A stretch of 64,000 nucleotides of DNA from the human T2T-CHM13v2.0 reference genome, Homo sapiens. Under the pieces are notes generated by a model. That model ran no database searches and was not told where the DNA came from. It was given only the letters and a program-made list of their open reading frames with translations. This document shows, piece by piece, positions 45,132 through 58,473 of this stretch. The stretch's first letter is position 1. Every line of letters begins with the position of its first letter. The stretch lies in NCBI RefSeq assembly GCF_009914755.1, contig NC_060939.1; one strand, 5' to 3'. A program made the translations under genes and the position numbers.

Positions 45132-47902
45132 GAAAGTGCACGTCACAAAGAAGTTTCTCAGAAAGTTTCTTTCTAGTTTTTATGTGAAGATATTTCCTTT
45201 TTCACCATAGTCCACAAAGTGCACCAAATATCTTTTGCAGATTGTACAAAAAGAGTTTTTGCAAACTGCTCAATCAAAAGAAAGGTTCAACTCTGTGAGA
45301 TGAAAGCACAAATCACAAAGAAGTTACTCAGAATGCTTCTGTCTAGTTTTTAAGTGAAGGTATTTCCTGTTACACCATAGACCTCAAAGGGCTCACAAAT
45401 ATCCTTTTGCAGATTCTACAAAAAGACTGTTACAGAACTGCTCAATGAAAAGTAAGTTTCAACTCTGTGAGATGAATTCACACCTAAAAAAGAAGTTTCT
45501 CAGAATGCTTCTGTCTAGTTTTTATGTGAAGATATTTCTTTGTCACCATAGGCCTCAAACCACTCAGAAATATCCCTATGCAGCTGTTACAAAAAGACTG
45601 TTTCCAAACTGCTCAATGAAAAGAAAGATTCTACTTTGTGAGATGAAAACACACATCACAAAAAATTTTCTCAGAAAGTTTTTAGCTAGCTTATATGTGA
45701 AGATATTTCCTCTTTCAGCATAGGCCTCAATGGGCTCAAAAATATCTCTTTTCAGATACTACAAAAGGCCTCGTTCCAAACTGCTCAATCAGAAGAAAGT
45801 TTCAACTCTGTGAGATGAAAGCACACATCACAAATAAGTTTCTCAGAATATTTTTCTAGTTTTTATGTGAAGATATTTCCTATTTCACCATAAGCCATAA
45901 AGGTCTCACAAATATCCCTTTGCAGACTCTACAAAAAGCCTGTTTCCAAACAGCTCAATCAAAACAAAGTTTCAATTCTGTGAGATGAATGGACATATCA
46001 CAAAGAAGTTTCTCAGAAGGCTTCTGCCTAGTTTTTATGTGAAGATATGGGTTTTTCACCATAGGCCTCAAACGGCTAAGAAATATCCCTTTGCAGATTG
46101 TACAAAAAGACTGATTCCAAATTGCTCAATGAAAAGACAGGCTCAACTCTGTGAGATGAATGTGCGTTTCGTAAAGAAGTTTCTCAGAATGCCTCTGTCT
46201 AGTTTTTATGTGAAGATATTTCGTTTTTCACCATAGGCCTTAAATGGCTCCCAAATATCCCTCTGCAGATACTACAAAAAGACTACTTGAAAACTGTTCA
46301 ATCAAAGGAATCCTTCATCTCTGTGAAATGAATGCACAGATCACAAAGAAGTTTCTCAGAATGCTTCTGTCTAGTTTTTATGTGAAGATATTTCCTTTTT
46401 CAACACAGGCCTCAAAATGCTCCAAATATCCATTTGCAGGTTCTACAAAAAGACTGTTTCCAAACAGCTACATGAAGAGAAAGGTTCAATTCTGTGAGAC
46501 AAATGCACACATGAAAAAGAAGTTTCTCAGAATGCTTCTGTCTGGTTTTTATCTGACATAATTATTTTTCATCATAGGCCTCAAACCGTTCAAAAATATC
46601 CCTTTGCATATTGTACAAAAAGACTGTTTCTAAACTGTCAAATGCAAAGAAAGGTTCAACTCTGTGAGATGAAACCACACATCACAAAGAAGATCCTCAT
46701 AATGCTTCTGTCTGGTTTTTATGTGAAGATATTTCATATTTCACCATAGGCCTCAAAGAGCTCACAAATATCCCTTTGCAGACTCTACAAAAAGACTGTT
46801 TTCGAACTGCTCCATGCAAAGAAAGGTTCAACTCTGTGAGACGAATGCACACATAAAAAAGAAGTTTCTCAGAATGCTTCTGTCAATTTTTTTGTGAAGA
46901 TATTTCTTTTTCACCATAGGCATCAAACCATTCAGAAATATCCCTTTGTAGATTGTACAAAAATACTGTTTCCAAACTGTTCAATCAACAGAAAGGCTCA
47001 AACCTGTGAGATGAAAGCACACATCACAAAGAAGTTCCTCAGAATGCTTCTGTCTAGTTTTTATGGGAAGATATTTCTTTTTCACCATAGGATGCAAACC
47101 CCTAAGAAATATCCCTTTGCAGATTGTAGATAAAGAATGTTTCCTAACTACTCAATCAAAAGAACAGTTAAAGTCTGTGAGATGAAAGCACACATCACAA
47201 ACAAGTTTCTCAGAAATCTTCTGTCTAGTTTTTATGTGAAGATATTTCCCTTCTAACGATAGGCCTCAAAGAAATCCAAATATCGATTTGCAGATTCTAC
47301 AAAATAGTGTTTCCAAACTGCTCAATCAAAGGAAATTTTCAACTCTGTGAGATGAAAACACACATCACAAAGAAGTTCTTCAGAAAGTTTCTGTTTAGTT
47401 TTTAAGTGAAAATATTTCCTTTTTCACCATAGGCCTCAAAGCACTCCAAATATCCTTTTGCAAACTCTACAAAAAGAGAGTTTCCAAACTGTTCAATTAA
47501 AAGAGAGATTCAAATCTGTGAGAAGAAAGTACACACCACGAAGAAGTTTCTCATAATTCTTCTGTCTACTTTTTTTGTGAAGATATTTCCTATGTCACCA
47601 TGGGCCTCAAAGATCTCACAAATATCCCATTGCAGATACTACAAAAATACAGTTTTTGAACTGCTAAATGAAAAGAGAGGTTCAACTCTGTGAGACGAAT
47701 GCACACATAATAAATTAGTTTATCATAATGCTTCTGTCTAGTTTTTATGTGAAGATATTTCTTTTTCACCATAGACATCAAACCGTTCAGAAATATCCCT
47801 TTGTAGATTGTACAAGAAGACTGTTTCCAAACTGTTCAATCAAAAGAAAGTTTCAAACTGGTGAGATGAATGCACACATAACAGAGGAGTTTCTCAGGAA
47901 TC
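45132..47902 (-). repeat. Monomeric alpha satellite, reverse orientation
   Basis: ~171-bp period with alphoid motifs in reverse complement. Confidence 0.97.
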
Positions 47903-48352
47903 TTTTTTTTTTATTTTCAACACTTTATTTTACTTTTCTTAAAGTTAGTTTTTTTTTATTTATTATTATTATACTTTAAGTTTTAGGGTACGTGTGCACA
48001 ATGTGCAGGTTTGTTACATATGTATGCATGTGCCATGCTGGTGTGCTGCACCCACTAACTCGTCATCTAGCATTAGGTATATCTCCCAATTCTATCCCTC
48101 CCCCTTCCCCCCATCCCACAACAGTCCCCAGAGTGTGATGTTCCCCTTCCTGTGTCCATGTGTTGCTCTCATTGTTCAATTCCCACCTATGAGTGAGAAT
48201 ATGCGGTGTTGTTTTTTTGTTCTTGCGATAGTTTACTGAGAATGATGATTTCCAATTTCATCTATGTCCCTACAAAGTACAAGAACTCATCATTTATTAT
48301 GGCTGCATAGTATTCCATGGTGTATATGTGCCACATTTTCTTAATCCAGTCT
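47903..48352 (-). mobile_element. 5'-truncated L1PA3-like fragment (~450 bp) with bipartite tail
   Basis: Two T tracts, then ATTATTATACTTTAAGTTTTAGGG through TTAATCCAGTCT. The minus-strand peptide is DWIKKMWHIYTMEYYAAI. Confidence 0.95.
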
Positions 48353-51300
48353 TCTGTCTTGTTTTTAGTGAACATATTACCTTTCTCAACATAGGCCTCA
48401 AAGCAATCCAAACATCCATTTGCAGATTCTACAAAAAGACTGTTTCCAAAGTGATCAATCAAAACAAATTTTTACCTCTGTGAGATGAAAGCACATATCA
48501 CAAAAAAGTTACTCTGACAACTTCTCTCTAGTTTGTATGTGAAGATATTTCCTATTTTACCTGAGGCTATAAAGGGCTCACAAATATCCCTTTGAAGGTT
48601 CTACAAAAAGACTGTTTCCAAACTCTTCAACCAAAAGAAAGGTTCAACTCTGTGAGATGAATGGACACATCACAAAGAAATTTCTTGGAATGATTCTATC
48701 TAGTTTTTATGTGAAGATATTTCTCTTTCACCATAGACCTCAAAAGGATCAGAATTATCCCTTTGAAGATTGTACAATAAGCCTCTTTCTAGCCTGCTCA
48801 ATCAAAAGAAAGGTTCAACTCTGTGAGATGAATACACACATCACAAGGAAGTTTCTCAGAAAGCTTCTGTTTAGTTTTTATGTGAGGATATTTCGTTTTC
48901 CACCATGGGCCTCAATAGCGCTCAAAATATCCATTTGCAGATTCTAGAAAAAGAGTGTTTCCAAACTCCTCAATCAAAAGAAAGTTTCAATTCTGTGAGA
49001 TGAAAGCACACATCACAAAGAAGTTTCTTAGAAAGCTTCTTTCTAGTTTTTATGTGTAAAGATATTTCACATTGCACCATAGTACTCAACGCGCTCAGAA
49101 ATATCCCTTTGCAGATTCTACAAAAGGGCGGTTTCCAAACTGCTCAATCCAAAGAAAGTTTCAACTATGTGAGATGAATGCACACATCACAAAGAAGTTT
49201 CTCAGAATGCTTCTTTCTAGTTTATATGTGAAGAAAATTCCTATTTCACCATAGGCAATGAAGGGCTCACAAATATTTTTTTGCAGATTCTACAAAAAGA
49301 CTGTATCCAAATTGCTCAATAAAAAGAAAGTTTCAACTCTGTTAGATTAATGGACACATCAAAAAGTAATTTCTCAGAAAATTTCTGTTTAGTTTTTATG
49401 TGAGGATATTTCCTTTGTCACCATTGGCCTCAAAGCACTCCCAATATCTATTTACAGATATCACAAAAAGAGTGTTTCCAAACTGCTCAATCAAAAGAAA
49501 GTTTTAACTCTGTGAGATGAAAGCACACATCTCAAAGAACTTTCTCAGAAAGCTTCGGTCTAGTTTTCATGTAAAGATATTTCCAGTTTCACCATAGGCC
49601 TCAAAGGGCTAAGAAATATCCCTTTCCAGATTCTAAAAGACAACCATTTCCATACTGCTCAATCAAAAGAAAGCTTAAATTCTGTGAGGTGAATGCACAC
49701 ATCAGAATGAAGTTTCTCAGAATTCTCCTGTCTAGTTTTTATGTGACGATATTTACTATGTCACTATAAGCTTCAAATGTCTCCAAAATATCCCCTTGCA
49801 GATTCTACAAAAATATGGTTTCAAAAGTGTGAATTAAAAGAAACCTTCAACTCTGTCAGATGAATGAAGACATCACAAAGAAGTTCCTCAGAATGCTTCT
49901 GTCTAGTTTAAATGTGAAGATATTTCTTTTTCACATAGACCTCAAATGGCTCAGAAATACACCTTTGCAGAATGCAGGAAAAGACTGTTTCTAAACTGCT
50001 CAAACAAAATAAAGTTTCAACACTGTGAGATGAATGCACACATCACAAAGAAGTTTCTCAGAAATCTTCTGTCTAGCTTTTATCTCAAGATAATTCCTAT
50101 TTTGCCATAGGAATCAATGTGCTCACAAATATCCCTTTGCAGATTCTACAAAAGTTCTGTTTCCAAGCTGCTCAATCAAAAGAAACGTTCAACATTGTGA
50201 GATGAATGCACACATCACAAAGAAGTTTCTCAGAATGCTTCTGTCTGGTTTTAATGTGAAGATATTTACTTTTTCACCATGGGCCTGAAAACACTCCATA
50301 TATCCACTTGCAGATTCTACAAAAATAGTGTTTTCAAACTGCTCAATGAAAAGAAAGGTTCAATTCTGTGAGATGAAAGCACACTTCACAAAAGTGTTTC
50401 TTAGAAACCTTCTATCTAGTTTTTATGTGAAGATATTTCATATTTCAAAATAGGTTTCAATGAGCTCAAAAATAAACTCTTGCAGATGCTACAAAAAGAG
50501 TGTTTCCAAAAAGCTCAATCAAAATAAAGGTTTAACACTGTAAGATAAATACACACATTACAAAGAAGTCTCTCAGAATTCTTCTGTATAGTTTTTTTGA
50601 GAAGCCACTTCTTTTTTCACTATAAGCCTGTCTGCTCACTAGTAGCCCTCTGCAGATATTACAAAATACTCTTTCCAAACTGCTCAATCAAAATAAAGGT
50701 TCACATCTGTGAGATGAAAGCCCAAGTCACAAAGAACTTTCTCAGAAAGTTTCCGTCTAGTTTTTATGTGAAGATATTTCCTATTTCTCCTTAGGCCTCA
50801 AAGGGATCACAAATATCCCTATTCAGATTCTTCAAAAAACTGTTTCCAAACTGCTTCATCAAAAGAAAGGTTCAGCTCTTTGAGATAAATGCATACATAC
50901 AAAATTAGTTTCTCAGAATGCTTCTGTCTAGTTTTTATGTGAAGTTATTACTTTTTCACCATAGGTCTCAAACCGCAAACAAATATTCCTTTGCAGATTG
51001 CACAAAAAGTATGTTTCCACACTGCTCAATGAACAGAAATGTTCAACTCAGTGAGATTAATGCAAACATCACAAAGAGTTTTCTCAAAATGCTTCCGTCT
51101 AGGTTTTAGGTGAAGATATTTACTTTTTCACCATAGGCCTCAAACTGCTCACAAATATCCCTTTGCAGATTCTACAAAACGACTTGTTGCCAAAGTGCTC
51201 AATGAAAAGCAAGGTCCAAATCTGTGAGATGGAAGCACACATCACAAAGAAGTTTCTCAGAAAGTTTCTCTCTAGTTTTTAAATGCAGATATTTTCTTTT

Positions 51301-54300
51301 TCACTATAGGCTTCAAAGCACTCCAAATATCCGTTTGCAAGTTCTTCAAAAAGAGTGTTTCCAAACTGCTCAATCAAAAGAGAGGTTCAACTCTTTGTGG
51401 AGAAAGCACACAGCACAAAGAAGTTTTACAAAAAGCTTCTGTCTAGTTTTTATGTGAAGACATTTCCTATTTCACCATAGGCCCCAATGGGCTCACAAAC
51501 ATCCCTTTGCAGATTCTACAAAAGAATTCTTTCCAAACTGCTCAATCCATCAAAAGTTTCAACTCTGTGACATGAATGCAAACATCACAAAGAAGTTTCT
51601 CAGAATGCTTCTGTCTAGTTTTTATGTGAAGAAATTTCTTGTTCACCATAGGCCTGAAACGCTGCAAATATCCATCTTCAGATTCTACAAAAAGACTGTT
51701 TCCAAACTGCCCAATCAAAAGAAAAGTTCACCTCTGTGAGACGAAAGCACACAACACAAAGCAGTTTCTCTGAAAGCTTCTGTCTAGTTTTTTTGTGAAG
51801 ATATTCCCTATTTCACCATAGTCCTGAAAGGGCTCACAAATATCCTTTTGCATATTATACAAAAAGACTGTCCCCAAACTGCTCAATCAAAAGAAAGTTT
51901 CAACTCTGTGTGATGAATGCACACATTACAAAGAAGTTTCTCAGAATGCTTTTGCTAGTTTTTATATGAAGATATTTCTCTTTCATGGTAGGCCTCAAAT
52001 GGTTCAGAAATATCCCTGTGCAGATTGTACAAAAAGACTGTTTCCAAACTGCTCAATCAAAAGAAAGTTTCAACACTGTGAGATGAATGCACACATCACA
52101 AAGAAGTTTCTCAGAAAGCTTCTGTTAAGATTTCATGTGAAGATATTTCCTTTTTCACCATAGGCCTCAATGGGCTCAGAGGTATTACTTTGTAGATTCT
52201 ACAAAAGGTCAGTTTAGAAAACTGCTCAATCCAAAGAAAGGTTCAACTCTGTGAGATGAATGCACACATCTCAAAGAAGTTTCTCAGAATGGATCTGTCG
52301 AGGTTTTCTGTGAAGATATATCCTTTTTAACCATAGGCCTTAAACTGCTCATGAATATCCCTCTGCAGATACTACAAAAAGACTGTTTCCAAACTGCTGC
52401 ATCCAAAGAAATGTTCAACTCTGTGATATGAATACACACATCACAAAGAAGTTTCTCAGAATGCTACTGTCTGGTTTTTACGTGAAGATATTTCCTATTT
52501 CACCATAGGCTGTAAAGGGCTCACAAATATCCGTTTGCATATTCTAAAAAAAAGACTGTTTCCAAACTGTTCAAACAAAAGAAAGGTTCAACTCTGTCAG
52601 ATGAATGCACACATCAGAAAGAAGTTTCTCAGAATGCTTCTGCCTAGTTTTTATGTGAAGATATTTCCTTTTTCAGCATAGGTCTCAGTGGGCTCAGAAA
52701 TATCCCTTTGCAGGTTCCACAAAAGGACTGTTTAGAAAACTGCTGAATCCAAAGAAAGATTTAACTCTGTGAGATGAATGCACACATCACAAAGAAGTTT
52801 TGCAGAATGCATCTGTCTAGTTTTTATGGAAAGATATTTCTTTTTTCACCATAGGCCTCAAAGTGCTCCAAATACCCATTTGTAGATTCTACAAAAAGAG
52901 TGTTTCCAAACTGCTCAATCAAAAGAAAGGTTTAACCCTGTGACACAGAAGCAAACATCACAAAGTAGTCTCTCAGAAAGCTTCTGTGTATTTTTTATGT
53001 GACGATATTTCCTATTTCACCATGGGCCATATAGGGCTCACAAATTTTTTTTGCAAATTCTACAAAAAAACTGTTTCCAAACTGCTCAATCCAAAGGAAG
53101 TTTCAACTCTGTGAGATGAATGGACACACCACAAAAAAGTTTATCAGAATGCTTCTATCTACTTTTTATATGAAGACATTTCTTTTTCACCCTAGGCTTC
53201 AATGGGCTCAGAAATATCCCTCCTTTGCAGATTCTACAAAAGGACTGTTTCCAAACTGCTCAATCAAAGAAAGGTACAACTCTATGAGATGAATGCACAC
53301 ATCACATAGATGTTTCTCACAATCCTTCTGTCTATTTTTTATGTGAAGGTATTTCCTTTTTCACCATAGGCCTCCAAGCACTCCAAACATCCACTTGCTG
53401 ATTCCACAAAAAGACTGTTTCCAAACTGCTCAATCAAAAGGAAGGTACAACTCCGTGTGTTGAAAGCACACATCACAAAGAAGTTTCTCAGAAGGTTTCT
53501 GTCTAGTTTTTCTTTGAGGATATTTCCTGTTTCACCATGGGCCATAAAGGGCCCAAAAATATTTTTCACAGATTCTACAAAAAGACTGTTTCCAAACTGC
53601 TCAATCCAAAGAAAGTTTCAACTCTGTGAGATGAATGGACACAAGACAAAGAAGTTTCTCAGAATACTTCTGTCTAGGGTTTATGTGAGATATTTCCTTT
53701 TTCACCATAAGCCTCAAAGTGCTCCAAATATCCATTTGCAGATTCCACAAAAAGACTGTTTCCAAGTTGCTCAATGAAAAGAAAGCTTCAACTCTGTGAG
53801 GTGAAAGCACACATCACAAAGAAGTTTCTCAGAATGTATCTTTCTAGATTTTTTGTGAAGATATTTCCTTTTTCACCATAGGCCTCAAATCACTCCAAGT
53901 ATCCATTTGCAGATTCTACCAAAAGACTGTTTACAAAATGCTAAATCAAAATAAAGTTTCAGCTCTGTGATATGAATGCAGGCATCACAGAGGAGTTTCT
54001 CAGAAAGATTCTGTTTAGTGTTTATCTGAAGATATTTCCTTTTTCTCCATAGACCTCAAAGCTCTCCAAATATGCATTTCCAAATTCTATAAACAGTCTG
54101 TTTCCAAACTGCTCAATGAAAAGAAAGGTTCAACTCTGTGAGATGAAAGCACATATCACAAGGAAGTTTCTCAGAATGTTTCTTTCTAGTTTTTTTTGGA
54201 AGATATTTCCTTTTTCACCATAGGCCTCAAAGCACTCCAAATATCCATTTGCAGATTCTACAAAAAGACTGTTTACAAACTGCTCAATCAAAAGAAGTTT

Positions 54301-56526
54301 TCAACACTGTGAGATGAATGCACACATTACAAATTAGTTTCCCAGAAAACTTCTGTTTAGTTTTTATGTGAAGATATTTCCTTTTTCACCATAGGCCTCA
54401 AAACACTCCAATTATCCATTTGCAGATTATGCAAAAAGAGTATTTCCAAACTGCTCATTCAAAAGAAACACTTAACTCTTTGAGATGAAAGCACTCATTA
54501 AAAATAAGTTTCTCAGAATGCTTCTGTCTAGTTTTTATGTGAAGATATTTCCAATATCACCAAAGGCCTCAATCGGCTGAGAAGTACCCCTTTGGGGATT
54601 CTACAATAGGACTGTTTCCAAACTGCTCTAGCAAAGGAAAGGTTCAACTCTGTGAGATGAATGCACGCATCACTAAAAGGTTTCTCAGAAAATTTCTGTG
54701 TAGTTTTTATGTGAAGATATTTCCTACTTCACCCTAGGCCTCAAAGGGTTCACAATTATCCCTTTGTAGATTTTACAAAAAGACTGTTTCCAAATCTTCA
54801 ATCAAAGAAATGTTCAAATGTGTGAGATGAATGCAAACCTCACAAAGAAGTTTCTCAGAATTCTTCCATCGAATTTTTGTGTGATGATATTTCCTTTTTT
54901 ACCATAGGCCTCAATACGCTCCAAATATACATTTGCAGATTCTACAAAAAGAGGGTTTCCAAACTGCTCAATCAAAAGAAAAGTTCAACTCTGTGAGATG
55001 GAAGCACACATCACAAAGAAGTTTCTTAGAAACCTTCTTTCTAGTTTTTATGGGAAGATATTTCGTATTTCACCATAGGCCTCAATGGGCTCAGAAATAT
55101 ACCTTTGCAGATTCTACAAAAGGATTGTTTACAAACTGCTCCATCCAAAGAAAGGTTCAACACTGTGAGATGAATTCACACATCACAAGGAAGTTTCTCA
55201 GAAAGCTTCTTTCTAGTTTTTATGTGAAGATATTTCCTTGTTCACCATAGGCCTCAAACTGCTCGCAAACATCACTCTACAGATACTACAAAAAGACTGT
55301 TTCCAAACTGTTCAATCAAAAGAAGGGTTTAACTCTGTGTGATAAATGCACACGTAACCAAGAAGTTTCTCAGAATGCTTCTGTCTAGTTTTTATGTGAA
55401 GATATTTCCTTTCTCACGAAGGCCTCAAACCACTCCAAATATCCACTTGCAGATTCTACAAATGATGGTTTCCAAACTGCTCAATGAATAGAAATGTTCA
55501 ACTCTGTGAGATGGAAGCACACATCACAGAGAAGTTTCTTAGAAACCTTCTGTCTTGTTTTTATGGGAAGTATTTCATATTTCACCATAGGCCTCAATGG
55601 GCTCAGAAATATACCTTTGCAGATTCTACAAAAGGATTATTTACAAACTGCTCAATCCAAAGACAGGTTCAACACTCTGAGATTAATTCACACATCACAA
55701 AGAAGTTTCTCAGAAAGCTTCTGTCTAGTTTTTATGTGAAGATATTTCCTTGCTCACCATAGGCCTCAAACTGCTCACAAACATCCCTCTACAGATACTA
55801 CAAAAAGACTGTTACCAAACTGTTCAATCAACAGAAGGGTTCAACTCTGTGTGGTAAATGCACACGTCACCAAGAAGTTTCTCAGAATGTTTCTGTCTAG
55901 TTTTTATGTGAAGATATTTCCTTTCTCATGAAGGCCTCAAACCACTCCAATTATCCATTTGCAGATTCTACAAAAGATGGTTTCCAAACTACTCAATGAA
56001 TAGAAAGGTTCAACTATGTGAGATGAAAGCACACATCACAAAGAAGTTTCATAAAATGTTGCTTTCTAGTTTTTAAGTGAAGATATTTCCTTTTTCACCA
56101 TAGTCCTCAAAGTGCTCCAAATATCCATTTGCAGATTCTACAAAAAGTGTGTTTTCAAACTGCTCAATCAAAAGAAAGGTTCAAGTCTGTGAGATGAAAG
56201 CACTCATCACAAATAAGTTTCCAGAAATCTTCTGACTAGTTTTTATATGAAGATAATTCCTATTTCACCATAGGCCTCAATGAGCTCACAAATATCCCTT
56301 TGCAGATTCTACAAAAGGACTGTTTTGAAACTGCTCAATGAGAAGAAAGGTTCAACTCTGTGAGACGAATGCATACATCACAAAGAAGTTTCTCAGAATG
56401 CTTCTGTCTAGTTTTTAGTTGAAGATATTTCCTTTTTCACCATAGGCCTCAAAGTGCTCACAAATATCTCCTTGCAGATTCTACAACAACAGAGTATCCA
56501 AATTGATTAATCAAAAGAATGCTTCA
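48353..56526 (-). repeat. Monomeric alpha satellite, reverse orientation
   Basis: ~171-bp period. Monomers carry GGGCTCACAAATATCCCTTTGC or GGGCTCAGAAATAT. Confidence 0.97.
54985..56010. repeat. Tandem duplication of a 3-monomer (~512 bp) alpha unit
   Basis: Rare motifs recur 512-513 bp apart: GAGATGGAAGCAC, GGGCTCAGAAATATACC, CTACAGATACTAC, GATGGTTTCC and ATGAATAGAAA. Confidence 0.88.
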
Positions 56527-57701
56527 CATAAAATCTCTAGAAGAAAACCTAGGCAATACCATTCAGGACATAGGCTTGGGCAAGTACCTCATGTCTAAAA
56601 TACCTAAAGCAATGTCAACAAAAGCCACAATTGACAAATGGGATCTCATTAAACTAAGGAGCTTCTGCACAGCAAAAGAAACCACCATCAGAGTGAACAG
56701 GCATCCTACAGAATGGGAGAAAATTTTTGCAACCTACTCATCTGAAAAAGGGCTAATATCTAGAATCTACAATGAACTCAGACAAATTTACAGGAAAAAA
56801 ACAAACAACACCATCAAAAAGTGGGCGAAGGATATGAACAGACATTTCTAAAAAGAAGACATTTATGCAGCCAATGAACAAATGAAAAAATGCTCATCTT
56901 CACTGGCCATCAGAGAAATGAAAGTCAAAACCACAATGAGATATCATCTCACACCAGTTAGAATGGCGATAATTAAAAAGTCAGGAAACAACAGGTGCTG
57001 GAGAGGATGTGAGAAATAGGAATATTTTTGCACTGTTAATGGGACTGTAAAATAGTTCAACCATTGTGGAAGTCGGTATGGAGATTCCTCAGGGATCTAG
57101 AACTAGAAATCACTTGACCCAGCCATGCCATTACTGGGTATATACCCAAAGGATTATAAATCATGCTGCTATAAAGACACATGCACACGTATGTTTATAG
57201 TGGCACTATTCACAATAGCAAAGACATGGAACCAACGTAAATGTTCAACCACGATAGACTGGATGAAGAAAATGTGGCACATATACATCATGGAACACTA
57301 TGCAGCCATAAAAAATGATGAGTTGATGTCCTTTGTAGGGACATGGATGAAGCTGGAAACCATCATTCTCAGTGAACTATTGCAAGGACAAAAAATAAAA
57401 CACCACATGTTCTCACTCATAGTTGGGAGTTGATCAAAGAAAACACATGGACACAGGAAGGGAAACATCACACACCACACACCAGGGACTGTAGTCAGGT
57501 GTGGGGACGGGGAGGGATAGCCTTAGGAGATATACCTAATGCTAAATGATGAGTTCATGGGTGCAGCACACAAACATGGCACATGTATACATGTGTAACA
57601 AACTTGCACGTTGTACACATGTTCCCTAAAAATTAAAATATAATAATAATAAAAGTAAATAAATAAATAAATAAACCCAGAGCTCCAAAAATAAAATAGA
57701 G
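56527..57701 (+). mobile_element. 5'-truncated L1 (~1.17 kb), L1PA4/PA3-like, with ~12-bp TSD
   Basis: ORF2 C-terminal peptides ([23 protein letters not shown]), 3'UTR and tail are present. The TSD is AAGAATGCTTCA (56515-56526) versus AAGAATGGTTCA (57702-57713). AAGCTGGAAACC and ACAAAC..GCACGTTGT are older-type diagnostics. Confidence 0.95.
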
Positions 57702-58473
57702 AAGAATGGTTCAACTCTATGAGAAGAATGCACACATCACAAATAAATTTCTCAGAAAGCTTCTGTCTACATTTTATATGAAGATATTTCCTTTTTCACC
57801 ATAGGCCTCAAAGCACTCACAAATATCCCTTTGCAGATTCTACAAGAAAAGAGTTTCCCATCTGCTCAATGAAAAGAAACGTTTACCGCTGGGAGATGAA
57901 TGCACACATTACAAAGCAGTTTCTCAGAAACCTTCTGTCTAGTTTTTATGTGAAGATATTTCCTTTTTCGCCATAGGCCTCAAAGCACTCACAAATATCT
58001 CATTGCTGATCCTACAAAAAGACTGTTTCCAAACTCCTCAATCAAAAGAATGGTTCAACTGTTTGAGATGAGTGCACTCCAAACACAGAAGTGTCTCAGA
58101 AAGATTCTGTCTAGTTTTCATGTGAATATATTTCCTTTTTCACCATTGGCCTCCAAGTGTTCACAAATATCCCTTTGCAGATTCTACAAAAAGACGATTT
58201 CCAATATGTTCAATCAACAGAAAGGTTCAAATCTGTGAGACTAATTCACACGTGACAAAGCAGTTTCTCAGAAACCTTCTTTCTAGTTTTTCTCTGAAGA
58301 TATTTCCTTTTTCATCATAGGCTTCAAAGTGCTCACAAATATCCTTTTGCAGATTCTACAAAAAGAATGTTACCAAACTGCTCAAACAAAAGAATGGTTC
58401 ACATCTGTGAGATGAATGCACACATCACAGAAAACTTTCTCAGAAAGCTTCTGTCTACATTTTATGTGAAGAT
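57702..58473 (-). repeat. Monomeric alpha satellite, reverse orientation, terminal ~4.5 monomers
   Basis: Alphoid motifs continue to TTTTATGTGAAGAT at 58473. Confidence 0.96.
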
